64,000 nt of DNA from Lama glama (taxonomy: Eukaryota). How positions within the stretch are numbered: the first letter of the stretch is position 1; each line of letters starts with the position of its first letter. The notes beneath the pieces are model-generated. The model made no database searches. It was not told the origin of the DNA and saw only the letters and a list, made by a program, of their open reading frames with translations. The stretch is taken from NCBI GenBank assembly GCA_028534125.1, contig CM052816.1, positions 24,926,001 to 24,990,000 on the forward strand. Direction: 5' to 3'. Shown piece after piece: positions 51,343-64,000 of this stretch. The position numbers were made by a program, and so were the translations under genes.

Positions 51343-51829
51343 ATATATATATATACCTTATATTCTTTTTCATTATAGGCTATTATAAGATATTGAATAG
51401 AGTTCCCTGTGCTATACAATAGGACTTCGTTGTTTCTCTATTTTTTAGATAGTAGTTAGTATCTATAAATCCCGAACTCCCAATTTATCCCTCCCCACCC
51501 TCTTTCCCCCTGATAACTATAAGTTTGTTTTCTATGTCTGTGAGCCTGTCTTCTCTGTTTTGTGAGTGAGTTAATTCATGTCTTCTTTTTAAGAGTCCAA
51601 ATATAAGTGATATCATATGGTATTTTGCTTTCTCTTTCTTGGCTTACTTCATTTATTAGCATGACGATCTCCAGGTCTATCCATGTTGCTGCAAATGGCA
51701 TTATTTTATTCTTTTTTATGGCTGAGTAGTATTCAATTGTATATATATATATTGTAACTTCTTTATCAAGTCATCTGTCGATGGACATTTAGGTTGCTTA
51801 CATGTCTCGGCTATTATAAATAGTACTGC
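51222..51829 (-). mobile_element. Camelid-type L1 3' end containing an expanded (AT)n tract (51297-51355)
   Basis: TTTTATTGATGTATAGTCAGTTTACAATGTTGTG...GTTCCCTGTGCTATACA...GTCATCTGTCGATGGACATTTAGGTTG. Confidence 0.93.
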
Positions 51830-52914
51830 CAAGTTCTTTTTACATGCATGACAAGAAGCGCAATAAAGAAAATGTCATATTTCTGTGAGTGGTAGAGTTA
51901 TGATTTACCCAAAGATCTTTGACGCTTCACAATGTTTCTAATCTTTTTAGGTCATGATACTTAAAATTTGTTTACCACAGATCTATCTCTGTGTAATTCA
52001 AATGTCAAATCTGTCTCTATATAATTCAAAAGTCTTTTTTTCTTGTGATTTTCTCTGTTGGACTGCTTGTTAAATGGACATTCAGTGCACACCTAATATG
52101 TGTAAGCACAGAGTTCCCATAAATTATGGACAAATCAGTATGTACAGAGTAGAGTTGTCCACCTGTTTGCGTGTCTTTCCCTGTGTTCAGTGCCCGCATT
52201 AGAATTGAAAATGATTACTGCTGAATCCCTTTGCTCTTTCAGCTAACATTTCTAGACTCTAGTCTCTTTATGTATTTTATTATATTTTCCTCTTTGCAGT
52301 ACTCTTAGATCCATTCATATATAATACACCAGTGTTCCTTAAAATATAGTCTATAAATTCCTAGTATCTTGTGAAATATTACTGAATATTTCAAAAATTT
52401 TCAAAACATAATTTTGTGGATAAATCAATTTGAAAAGGTTGGGTTAACAAAGCTAAGAGAACAAAGCTAAAGCTAAACAGAATTCTTGATTCAAAAGTAT
52501 TTGAAACATTTAATATATTCATGTGCTATGTGGTTCCTCAAAGAGGTAGATCACTTATATAGTTTTCCCCAAATTACTTGATTTAATGACTTCTTTTTCA
52601 AGAAATATTTAAGGACCTTAGAATTTTTCAGTGCACATTTTGGTGAAAGCTGTTAATAGCATCTGTTCTACTTACTAGTTTGACAGTTCTGTCCTCTTTA
52701 GGGAACAACTGCTATTTTACAATATTACATCCTGAAAATGCTTTATGATTTCAGTGGATATAATATTAATTTAATTCCATCTTGGAGCCCTTTGTAGGTT
52801 CCTTCTCTATGTTTTTTAACATAAAAATGTATTTATATTTAGAAGGAAAATATTCAGGGAATATACCAGAACTTTATTGATATACTAATATTAAATGTGT
52901 ATGAAACAGTCTGT

Positions 52915-53135
52915 TAGAATGGTTTAATGTTTCAGGGAATGGATTTTGGAGTCAGACAGACTTGAATTTGACTCTAACATTTACCACTTAATATATAAGT
53001 AATTTTTATGTTTCAGTTTCTTCATCTATAAAATGGGCATGATATCTCTTTAACTGAATTCTTGTGAGAGTTAACAGAAACAATGTACATAAATTGTGTA
53101 GCCTAGTGGATGCCACAGAGTTAGCAAATGTTGCT
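52915..53135 (+). mobile_element. MIR SINE
   Basis: GGATTTTGGAGTCAGACAGACTTGAATTTG...TTTCAGTTTCTTCATCTATAAAATGGG...TTGTGAGAGTTAA. Confidence 0.8.
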
Positions 53136-53269
53136 GAAAAAAGTCTATTTTTTTATAAATTTTTTTATTATACAAATACAATAACATTTTTCTGATTAAT
53201 TCATTCATCAATTTTGTTTTTCTAAGATGTCATCCATGCTAGGACTCAAGCCTAGAACATCTTATGCAC

Positions 53270-53640
53270 CTTTGAGCAGTGGTTCCTGGGGCCCTTTACT
53301 AGGGAGGTACACCCATGCCCACCTGCTGTGGGCATTGCTGTTGATGATTCACACCCACACCCTCCTCCACAATTGCCCTTGGCTGACAAGGCCACTTCGA
53401 AATGCCTGAGAGGTTATCCAGGCCTCCTTCCCCAAGAACAGACCATGAGAAACGTGAATGATGTGAGACTTGAGAGCCTATCCCCTTGACTCTGGTGAGA
53501 CAACCTCGGTGCTAAAATTTTTGCTCCAAAGCTACCCATGGAAATAAGTTAAGGACAGGCTTCTCTTGAAACCACAGCTTTGCCTGTCTTAATCCTTGCC
53601 CTGTTCTGCTTCTCTCCTAGCATAGGATTTTCCTGAGGCC
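53270..53640 (+). mobile_element. LTR16A/B-like ERVL LTR
   Basis: CCCCTTGACTCTGGTGAGACAACCTC...GCTCCAAAGCTACCCATGG...GAAACCACAGCTTTGCC...CCTTGCCCTGTTCTGCTTC...TTTTCCTGAG. Confidence 0.65.
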
Positions 53641-56600
53641 CAGCTGTCATCTCAGGCTCCTCCTTCATTCAAGCAGATCCTGAAATTGTATCTTCTCTTC
53701 TCTTCTCCAACTGATTGTCATTATCACTTTTACTGGAAACAAGTAATTATTTAGTAACTTAATATGCCCAAGACTTTATTTCAAATTTTCGGATTCTTGA
53801 AAATCAGGGAACTCCTTTTCTTCTCTGAGAAGTATATCATTTTATGATCATGAGAAACTTCTTCCTTATTTTTTCTGTTAGTACAAATGCAGAGCTTCTC
53901 TCTTGCTCATTAGAAACTCTTGGCATGTAAAAAATGCAAATTCTTGTTTTCTTATTACTCTGAAATTGGGTAATATATAAAGGGCCAGATAATCTATCAG
54001 ACAGCTCAATTCCTGAGTGACTCTGGCCTGGCTTATTGTTGTAGGGTTTGCTTAAACTTTATTCACTAGAATAGATGCCAAATTACTCTTAGTTCTAGTG
54101 GCCTCTGAAAAGTTAAAAAGTCCTTTATTTGCTACTAGCAATAGCAAATCTCCCTTATCTAGTATGTAAGATTTCTTAACGTCTTCTGAAATAATTCTCA
54201 AGGTAGAATATTCCAACATTAAAAAGAAGACTGCTGAATTCCTTCTTTTTCTAAATGTACTTTCCTTCTACTCTGTTGAGCATTGCCACACAAATTTACA
54301 GTATGTGGTGAAAATGAGATACTACAAATTTATTAATTCATTCAGCAATATATTTCTTGGGCACATTATTATGTATTAAGTATGATTTTAGGTATTTATA
54401 ATAGGGATCTTGATTTTAGATGGGGATAAATTAGATGCATCCCCTATTCGACTTTCCCTTAGCCAGATTCGAGTACTTTGAGAGCCACTGCAAAGGCATC
54501 CAACACAAGAGAAGTTGTAGAGGAGAGGAGACTGGAAAAAGCCGGATGTCTTACCCCTTGGAGAGGATGGGGCAAGTAAGAGGTCTTGAAGCTTAAGACT
54601 CTATTGCATTATGGCCAATTCACCACTGGTCTCACTCCTGTGAGAGGAGTTGTCTCTTGGGGGGTTAGAATTAAGTTTTAGTTCCTGCAATGCTCCTGGG
54701 TTTTACTAGGAACCTCAGCATTTCAGTCACCACAAACTAGCCAGAGGACAGCTTTCAGGGCCAGGCATTTGAGCTCTGGACTGAGAATCCATTGTTTCTA
54801 TTGCTTATCCTCGATATATTTCCAGATATACTTCAACTCTCCATTGAGGACTACATCCTCAAAATCCTCATTTTGTTATTTTCATCTGGTTCATTATACA
54901 GAACTTTTATGACTCATCAGAAACAACCTCTGTGTTTTTACAACACTTTTTTACCCTTCCTTGAGAATAATGAAGGTCTAGTGATTGAAAACTTTCCATT
55001 GAGGGAAGATAATTGTTTCATTCTTGCTTGCTGCATTTCTCTCTCTCAGAACAGCAGAATTTCTGGCCAAAGTAGCCATAAATAAATAAACAAGTGAGTA
55101 GATAAATAAATAAATAGACAAATAAATACATAAGAAAGAAACATTGCAAAATGAGACAAGTAGTCTGTCTTGGCTCATCACCTCACCAGCCATGGCTTTG
55201 GTGGGCTACCCATTGACAGCAAGACTGATCCTTTATATGCATTCAAGATACAAGTTTTCATCCCAATTCAACAACTTTTTTAGATCTGTATATAATGATT
55301 TTTTTTGTCACTGAGCCACAAGTCCATTAAAGCAACTGTCTAAACCCATAGTTAACACATGTGTTTGGGCTCTTGGCCCCAGTGCTTTGTATAGGACACC
55401 TGCATTACCTGTAGTATCAGCTTCTCTCTGTATAAGCTCACTTAATTCTTTGTGCCTTTTATGCTAATTCTCTCAAACCAGTATACAGTTAATAGTTAGG
55501 TTATCTTTCTTTCCTACTAAAATGCGTATTCCCTAATTCCTCAGAGCAAGGATTGTATCATCAATTTGTTCTTTATAAAAAATCGTTTGCTGAAACTTTT
55601 GAATAAATAAACCCCAGGGTATCTGGACTATTTATTTTAGAACAATTCCTGGACCAGGATGTGATTTGACTAGCTTAATTGACTCATAGAAGAATTTTAA
55701 ACCTTAAGGTAGACTAGCTATCATTTTGACCTGGTCTCTCTCTCCTTCAATATATTTATTCTGGTTAGCTGATAAACTCACACAGGTCAGGTTTAGAGCA
55801 CAGCTAGACTGTTTATTGAAGAGACTAGAAATGTTCATAGTAAGTTCCTATTAAATGCTTCTACTTGATGGCAATCATGATGCAGAGTTTATCATTTACA
55901 GGTAACTTCTTACAAGATGAGATGTTTAATTATGACAAAATTTGCAATAATATTAGGGACAAGTGCTTCCTGTCTGGTACTAATCACTATGATGACTAGA
56001 CACAAGGCTATGACAGTGGCTTCTAGGCAGAAATTAGCATGAGAACAGTCCTTTTGTGAACATGCAGAGAGGTCAATATGTACATGATTATAAATTAGCT
56101 TGGTGGACTGCTGTGGTCGTTAGCTGGGTCGAGTGTTCCTATTTCATATAATTGTTTGCTGCACCTGAATTAATTTGAGTGTTTAAATCCTGTATATTAA
56201 TTTTGTGCTGCAGGATGTAAAGCTTTGGACTAATCCCTGTAATACTCTTTAGTATAAACACCTTAATCAAGCAACAGCTTTATAATTAGTTCTAGTTACA
56301 AGCTGGATATAATTTACTAGTTTTATAGCTCATAAGTTACTGCAACTTTTTAATCATAGTAATTATGCTTTAGAATGTAAGCATAAATGGACTTTTCCAG
56401 TTTATTCCAAGAATGAAACCAAGGCAGTCAAAATCAGGAGATTAATAAAATCCAATATGTGGATACCTTTGTATTTTTATGGCAGCTCAAGATCACTCAT
56501 CCTTAGAATTTAATCACCAGATTACGGTAGGCTATTGAGCTGAGAAGGTAATTTTTTTTTCTTTAAAAGGAAATACAGTTCTCTGTTTATTACATATTTC

Positions 56601-58062
56601 TTTTGTTGGGTGTGAAAAATGCTGACGTGATTTAATTTTAACACAGCAGTGAGCACTTTGACAATATCCCTCTCGTGTAATAAACCTAGTAAGTAAATAA
56701 TGGTTTAGCTACTAAGGATGTGCTGAACCATTTTTCTTTTTATCTGTTTTTTTCCCTGAGGATTTTAAAGTACTAATCATTTCTGGCATTAAGAACATTT
56801 GTATGGTCAGGCTACACAGTTTAGAGAGAAGCACTTTAAATTAAGTTTTAAATAGGCATTTAAATTAAATTTATTAAGAAGTTATTTATATTAATTAAAC
56901 CAAAATTAATTATTTAAAACACTTCATTGAGGTTTAGGAATATTTTTAAAAGATAGGGATCTCTTACATTATTGCTAAACTTCAGTGAATGTGTATTAAA
57001 GTTTATTCACTTTAAGTATACGATCACTATCTTCATATATCTTGCTGAAATACTTAAAAATCTGATACAAGTTCAATATATAGATAATTTTTCTGAGAAA
57101 ACTTCATGAAAACAGCTAAAACATTTAAGAGTTCAATCATAAAATCTGTAATTATATGAAATAATATATGTATAGTTATAATTTTATGAAAATATTTATA
57201 TGTTTATACATGTAAATGTAAACAGTCAGGCTTTGTTATAATACAATTAAATATTGACAGTGGTTAAATACTTTATTTTGGTCATTCTTAAAAATGGTGT
57301 TGATTACCCTGTGGTTAATTTTGTTATAGTGAATTGTGTTGATTATAAAGATAGTCAAAATAACAGACAACGTTGTAGGCCAGGTCAGAGGTTGCATGTA
57401 AACATGGTTAATTTGAGGATGCTCTAATACTATTTACAGTGATTAAATAAAATATCTCTTGCTCGGTGCAATGATTGTTTTTAGATTGTTTATAATTGAT
57501 TAGTATGGTAGACACTGCTTTACTAAACAAATATATTACTGTAACTTAGAACTCTTTCAGTTGGATACAAATTTAAGGAAATTTTCAGAAATTAAGACAA
57601 ATTCCTTTAGACAGGGAACAGACTGGAATGCCTTTAATTTCTAAAATAAACAGCCTGACCAGGAACAAGCTGAAGCTAGCTGGCAAGTTAGAGATTTTGG
57701 AAGGAAGGCATGGCCTCTAAGAACAGAGGCTTTTCCAACTCACCTAGGGAACTTCAGGTGAACAGTCTCTGCATATGGGGAGTGTGGTCTCTGAAGATTC
57801 CTTGAAGTCACTCATGAAAGCCTTAAACTGGCTCAGAAACCACTAAATCAGTATTCTAACCCAGGAGGCATCAGTATAATTGTTATCCAGTGGGATCGAT
57901 AGTGAGCTAAAAAAGGAAAACACCAGTCCCTTTGCCTTACCATTTTCACTTTCCCCACCCCCAGCCCCTGTGGCAGGGCCAGAGTTGGAGGAGGAGGGCA
58001 ACCTCAGCTTTGAATGAAGATTGAAAAGTGATTATCATATGGATCATAAAGTAAAATATATG

Positions 58063-58320
58063 CAACACTACTTCAAGTGAGGTCTGCAGATGCCTAAGGG
58101 TCCACCAAAAGACCCTTCCAGGGGATCTGAAAGATCAAAGTTTTTTTCATTGATAAATAATGCTGTAGTATTACTTATTCAGTATGTTGACATTTGCACT
58201 AATGGTGAGTGAGTAAACTGCTGACTCATTAGCCTGAATCAAGGCAGTAGTGCCAAACTGTAGTAGTAGTCATTGTATTCTCCATCATCACCCACTGGCA
58301 GCTAATAAAAATGCCAGTGC
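58063..58320 (+). mobile_element. Charlie1 (hAT) terminal fragment; orientation relative to consensus uncertain
   Basis: GACCCTTCCAGGGGATC...TGTTGACATTTGCACTAATGGTG...GTAAACTGCTG...GAATCAAGGCAGTAGTGCCAAACTGTAGTAGTAGTCATTGTATTCT matches the Charlie1 end as recalled. Confidence 0.8.
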
Positions 58321-60240
58321 CAAGTCATCTTTCTTTCCATTGCTTTTATGACTAATACATGTCTTATGGCCAGATTTAGCATTTATTTTTTCTTGTCTTT
58401 CGATGCTTCTTTTCTTTCTTCCCCATGACCTGAGCTTTACTCCGTACAAACATTTTAGACTGTCACTCCTACCATCCCTCCTGACTCCTCTCTTACCTAC
58501 ATTTGCCCTCTACCTCTTCTTGAGAGATTTTACCAAGTCTTACCTCATTGGACAGATTATCTGGGACTCTGGGCCATGCTCCTGCTCCTCTCCAATTAAC
58601 CTTCTCTAGTTAACGTCCGGTTGCTTTTGGTTGCTGTTTTCTGATTTCTGAAGTGACAGCCAAGTATTTTTATAAGCTTATTCTTAACCTATTAGGTTAC
58701 AAAATATTTCTGTTGATTGCCTTCCCCCTACTAGATGCCCCTTCCTTATTAGATGGAAGGCACCACAGTTTCTTAAACGATTCTTAGGGCAGGATGTGAC
58801 TAACTTCTGTTTTCATGGGCTTTGAGACATGAATTAAAGAATAGTATCCAGGATAAAAGTGTTCATGAGCTTGATCCATTCTTCTCTTCACAGACAACAT
58901 CCAGGGCTCCAGAAAGGGGAAATCACCTAAAATTATATTATCAGGGAAACAGAGGTGCTTAGCCCAGCAAAAAGAAGACACAGGGAGTTTCTGTTAGCTG
59001 AGGGCAGAATTGAAGGGCAGTTTCATGATGCCTGATGCCTGGTCTATAGTGGGTGCTCAAACAATGCTTCAGTAAGTGGGTGGGCAAATACCACACATGC
59101 CTGCAAATCTATACACAATGACCATACTACTGTTGTGTGGGTGAAGTTTCTCTCTTCCCACTGACCGCCCAGATCTAAGGCTTTCTATTCAAGTATTCAG
59201 TCCTATTTTAACACAAAATCCTAGATCTATAAATATTTTTGTATTTAATAGATTATAATGGAATACTAAAACTGAAGGAATTAATGTGAATTTATTGTGT
59301 GTTTTATTAGATTCTAAGGCCAGGAGTAAACTAAGGGAAACTTGTTTAACTTAGTATAACCCTTAGTTTTAATATACAAACTTTATCCTTTTATACATTT
59401 TGTAAGTTAAATTTTTGGATATTACTTTTTTCTGCTGTTGTCTCTTTTTGTTCCCAACTATGTATGAACTGTGAATGGGAAATAAAAGGGAAAAACTCCT
59501 AAAATTCCACTTTATCTCTTTTGATTTCCTTATTGGCAAAGCATTATCTAGTCAAGAAAGACAACCTCCAGCAGCCTTTTACGTGGTGTTCTTTGTTACA
59601 GGAAATCTTTTATTTCATTCCAGCAAAGAAATGAACCAATTTGATATGATCCTTTTATCCCAGAGAAAGGGCACAACTTCTTTATTTTCAAGGTTGTGCA
59701 TTTTTTTTCAACTGTAAAACATACTCCACTATTGAAGTCATAATTATATGCACTTGTCAATCAATCTTAACCTACTACACTATGGTTTTGGCATTTTATC
59801 TAAAAAGAGAAGGATTAAAGGCTTTGCGTGAAATGAAAGGTACACACAGTCAGGGAAGTATAATGCATATCATTAGCTATCTGGGAAGAGAGAAATGGAC
59901 AGAGACAGATTACCAATATTTGATTTCTCGTAGGCATTAAAGAAGTATTTAAGGCTACCTACAGAATAATGTTAGGGAATCTGACACTTTGATTCCTATT
60001 TTGTTCTCTTGGCAATCATTTAAAAGAGTTCCTTCATCCAGCAGCTACATAAATCAAATTTGAAAAGGATAATATTTTAAAGGGAGATTAAGAGAAGAAA
60101 AAAAAATCCAGTTTTAATGTAAGTGCCACAACTTCAGGAGAGGATTTAAAATATTATTTTCTTCAAACACATTTTATTTCTTTGGATACAGTTTTTATGG
60201 TGGGTAGGGTACCTAGAATTATTTTAAAATACATTTGCTG

Positions 60241-61507
60241 CCCTTTGAGTCTCTGAGCAGCACCATGGCAGTTGGGAAAGAAAAGTATCTTACGGAAAGA
60301 CAGCAGAAAGGAAGCCAAGACCGCAGTGGTAAACTTACTTTCTCAGAAAGCTTGGTATGATATAAAGCACCAGTTATGCTACATATAAAAAATATTGGAA
60401 AGACCCTAGTTACAAGAACTCAAGAAGCAAAACTGTACCTGATGACCTAAAGGATTGTGTTTTTGAAGTGAGCATTGCTGATCTGCAGAACAATGGAATG
60501 GAATTTAGAAAATTGAAAATTGTTAATAAAAATGTTCTGAGCGAAAAACTGCCTATGTAATTCCCATGAAATGAATTTTGTTGTTGAAAGAATATATTCC
60601 ATACTGAAAAAAAAATTGAAGGCATTACTTGAAGCTTCTGTTGTCAAAACTATTCATGGTTACTTGTTTTGCCTCTTCTGTGTGGGTTTTCAATCAAAAA
60701 CTTCAACAACCTGATCCAGAAAACTAGTTGTGCCTGGGTCCGGGAGGTCTGTGAAATTCAGAAAAAGATGGTGGAAATCATGACCTGAAAAGGCAGACAA
60801 ATGGCCTGAAGAAGAGGTCAGTAAGCTGATTCCAAACAGCACTGGGGACAGCATAGAAAAGGCTGGTAATCTGTTCACCCTCTCCATGATTTGTTGGTGA
60901 GAAAAGTAAACTGTGAAATGGTAAAACATGAGAAAATTCATGGTGAAAGTTGTAGTTTTGTTACTGACTCAGGTCCTTGGACTTTTTAATCAATAGAAAT
61001 TGATAAACAACCTGATGAGGATTTTAGGCAAGGCTTTGCTGGGACTCATGCTCCAGCACAAGGAGTGAAAACAAGTAACAGGTGCTCTTGCCAGCTCCCC
61101 AAGGAGGGTGGACTGGCTCCTTAAATGGGGTGAGGATAGGGGCAAATTAGTGGCTTAGGTGGTCTATGCACCCCTTTGGTGGTGCTGTATGCAGGGATCA
61201 TGTGTAGTACCCTGCTTTTGCTCCTGGCTACCTCAGAAGTTGGATTTACTAGCTTATTATTCGTCATTTGACCTAGCTGTGCATGCATGCAGTTATTTTT
61301 AGTCCCTTCTAGTTTCTTTGTATTCCGTTGCTCAAAGAGACATTTGTCCAGGTGCAAACACTCCAGTAAGGGGTCCCAGCCTGTCTCAGTTTTGGAAAAC
61401 CATTGTGGTTAAGACAGATGCTCTCACTGAGTCGTGATGGATGTGGGTCCCAGAATGTATTTAAAAGTCAAAACTTTTAAATGATAAAAAATTCTTATTA
61501 GCAAAAA
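60241..61507 (+). pseudogene. RPS3A: Processed pseudogene of 40S ribosomal protein S3a (eS1), full length, interrupted by a solo LTR
   Basis: 5'TOP-like CCCTTTG and GCACCATGG (ATG 60265). Peptides MAVGK, NIGKTLVTRTQ, VFEVSIADLQN, KNCL, GYLFCLFCVGF, KKMVEIMT, KLIPNS, IEKA, HPLHD, VRKV. No introns; several frameshifts and stops. TAA at about 61462 with a degenerate poly(A) signal. Confidence 0.95.
60959..61388 (-). mobile_element. ERV1 solo LTR (MER41-like), 430 bp
   Basis: TG...CA termini. 4-bp TSD GTTT (60955-60958 and 61389-61392). Minus strand starts TGAGACAGGCTGGGACCCC, with ATTAAA near its 3' end. Removal restores the RPS3A HGEGSSSGK-homologous codons. Confidence 0.9.
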
Positions 61508-61514
61508 TTATATG

Positions 61515-63460
61515 GTAGTAATCATTAAAATTTCAACAGAATTTTTAAGTCATTGGCAAGGTGTTAAAATATTTATGTGAAGAGTTACATACTATATGGA
61601 GAAAATGTAGAAAAAAATTGGCAGAATTCAACATCTGTTTATGGTTTAAAAACAAACGAACAAAAACCTCTGCAGGCGAGAAATAGGTCAAAGGCACCTA
61701 CTAAAACCTATGACTAGTGTGAAACCTAATAGAGAAATGTTGAATACTTCCCTCCAAAGATGAATAATCAGGCAAGGATGCCTACTCTCACTACTACTAT
61801 TCAGTATTGTTTTAGTAGTTCTAACTATTGAAATAAGATAAATAATAAAATCCCTAAGGGTCAAAAGGATGGAGAAAAACTTTTTATTTGAAGTTGATTT
61901 GATGGTTAAGTAAAAAACCTAAGGTATCTAAAAAGCAACAACATGAACTAATATGTGAAATTAGTTATGTCATAGATAATATAAAGAGATATAAAAATCT
62001 ATTTTATTATTACATACTATAAGCCAAGAATTGGAAAATGAAAAATTAAAAATTATAGTCACAATAACACTGAAATTATAAACTATGAATCAGTTTAACA
62101 AAAGATGTACAAGAGCTTTTCATTGAGAACTGTAGAAAATTAGTGAGAAGGATTAAAGAAGAGATTTAAAAAAAATGGAGAAATTTACTATTTGGTGGCT
62201 TTAAAGATTCAGTGTTTTCAAATGTCGGTTCTCCCCAAATTGATCTATAGATTAAATGCAATCCCAGTCAAAATTCTAGTATGATATTTTTGGGTAGAAT
62301 TTGATAATTCTGAGATTTATATGGGAATATAAAAGAGCCGGAATAGTCAAATAATTTTTTAAGAGAAAAGTTTGTACTACTTGACTTGAAGATTACTGTA
62401 AAACTATAGTATTCAAGACAATGTCGTATTAGTGAAAGTATTGAATGTGCCAGTGGATCAAAACAGAGAATCCAGAAATAGAATGATGTAGATATAATAA
62501 GTTAATTTTGGAGAAAAATACCAAGGCAGTATTCTTCACAACAGATAGTGCTGAAGCAGCTGCATATTTTTATTTCACCAAAATAAAAATAAATGACATC
62601 TCACACTTCATACCAAATTAACTTGAAATGGACCAAGATTTAAAAGTAACAGATAAGAAAGAAAATGTAGGAGAAAAATCTTGCAACTTTGGAATAGACA
62701 AAGATCATACATACAAACCACCAAGCATGAACTACCCACCCCCCCAAAAAAGTTGCATTTTATCAAAATTAAAAAATTTTTTCTTTGAAGAACATCGTTA
62801 AAAAAACGAAAAGGCAAGCTTCATAAAGGGGAAAATGTTAGCTATACGTCTATTTTTATAAAGAAATCACTTCCAGAATCTAAAAAGAACTTGTATAACT
62901 CACTAATAAACAAAAAAATTAATAATTGGCAAAAGAAATTGAGCATATTCGTCACAAAAGTGGATATACAAATGGCCAATTCATACACAAAAATATGTTC
63001 AAATCAGTCATCAGGAAAAAACAAATTAAAATCGCAGTTAGATATCAGTATCCACCAACTAGAATGGTTAGAATTTAAAAAACTGACCATATCATACAAG
63101 TATTGGTGAAGATGTGGTGCAGTTAGGACTCTTCTATGTTACTGAGAGTAAACATGCTACAGTCACTTTATGAAACTATTTTACAATTTCTTAATAAGTT
63201 AAACATATACCTAGTGCAAGGACCCAGTCATTAACTCTTGGGTATTTACTAAATTCCACACAAACACTTGTACACAAATGTTTATAACACCTTTATTTAT
63301 GAAGCCTTAAGCTTGAAACAGCTTGAATGTCCATCAGTAGGTTAATGATTGACCAAAATGTGGCAAATTCATCCAATAGGATACTTTCAGTAATGAAAAG
63401 AAATGAACAACTGGTACATCTAATAACATAGATGAATCTCAAAATCAGCATACTGCATGA
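61515..63460 (+). mobile_element. Old L1 (L1MC/ME-like) ORF2 RT through 3' UTR, heavily degraded
   Basis: CAGGCAAGGATGCCTACTCTCACTACTACTATTCAGTATTG ([13 protein letters not shown] motif); TTCTCCCCAAATTGATCTATAGATTAAATGCAATCCCAGTCAAAAT; GGATATACAAATGGCCAAT; AATGTCCATCAGTAGG. Confidence 0.85.
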
Positions 63461-63554
63461 CCCCAGTTGGCCTTTTTGTTCACTGTAAATTATGTTTTGT
63501 CTTACAGACATATAAATGAATGAAATCATAAATCATGTCTACCTAGGGATTCAT

Positions 63555-64000
63555 TGATTTTGTTTGTTTTTTTTCAAATTAGCAAATTTGGCTTTGTTAA
63601 TTTTTCTCTGTTTTTGTTTTGTAGTATATTGACTTGAATTTTAAGTTGTTTTTGGTTGTTTATTTTTATTATATTGCTTATTATTTATTTTCTTTTCCTT
63701 ACTCTTGCTATCTTCTTACAAAGGTAGCTTTATTCTTTCTTAATAGAAGTATTTAAAAATAGAAATTTCCCTGCTTTCACATCTAAATTTTGAAAAAGTA
63801 TGTTTCATTAACATTTATTTAGAAATATTTTATAATTTTCTTTTAATTTTTTCCTTTACTGTCGGGTTTCCAAATATTTGGAATATTTGGGAATTTTCTT
63901 GTTATCTTATTTTTGATTAATAATCTATTTCATTATGATAAGAGAACATCCTCTATGTGATTGCAATCCTTGCAACTTGTTTTACAGCCCAGTATGTGGT
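63555..64000 (-). mobile_element. Old L1 ORF2 fragment
   Basis: TTCATTATGATAAGAGAACATCCTCTATGTGATTGCAATCCTTG...CAGCCCAGTATGTGGT is antisense ORF2. Confidence 0.6.

Noticed and set aside
61225..61240. STAT1 GAS motif in the MER41-like LTR
   Set aside because: The closest match, ACCTCAGAA, has two mismatches to TTCNNNGAA. I saw no canonical site.
1..64000. CRISPR array, operon or other prokaryote-type system
   Set aside because: The sequence is clearly mammalian. There are no regularly spaced repeat-spacer arrays or gene-dense segments, and the tandem repeats have only two copies.

Overview
AT-rich, CpG-poor mammalian genomic DNA, most likely from a camelid (alpaca, llama or camel), inferred from three tRNA-Ala-derived Vic-1-type SINEs and camelid/artiodactyl-type L1 3' ends. 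I find no intact protein-coding gene, true tRNA/rRNA gene, CpG island or CRISPR array. The ORF track consists of L1 fragments, antisense or chance ORFs, and ORFs spanning two 500-N gaps. Most of the window is interspersed repeat: L1 of several ages, L2, MIR, ERVL/MaLR/ERV1 solo LTRs and hAT-Charlie elements. Highlights: (1) a full-length, disabled RPS3A retrocopy split by an ERV1 solo LTR with a clean 4-bp TSD, whose substitutions look unusually conservative; (2) a probable ~800-bp Helitron relic with degraded RepHel N-terminal coding remnants; (3) a candidate recursive splice site (polypyrimidine-CAG|GTAAGG), plus a minus-strand bias of L1/LTR insertions suggesting a long + strand intron; (4) several retrotransposition oddities: an L1 5' UTR fused directly to the ORF2 3' end, a poly(A)-only insertion with a 14-bp TSD, and two SINEs at nearly the same L1 position. 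Repeat family names come from recalled consensus similarity, not from a search, and boundaries of old repeats are approximate. I cannot support a claim of a genuinely new biological system here.
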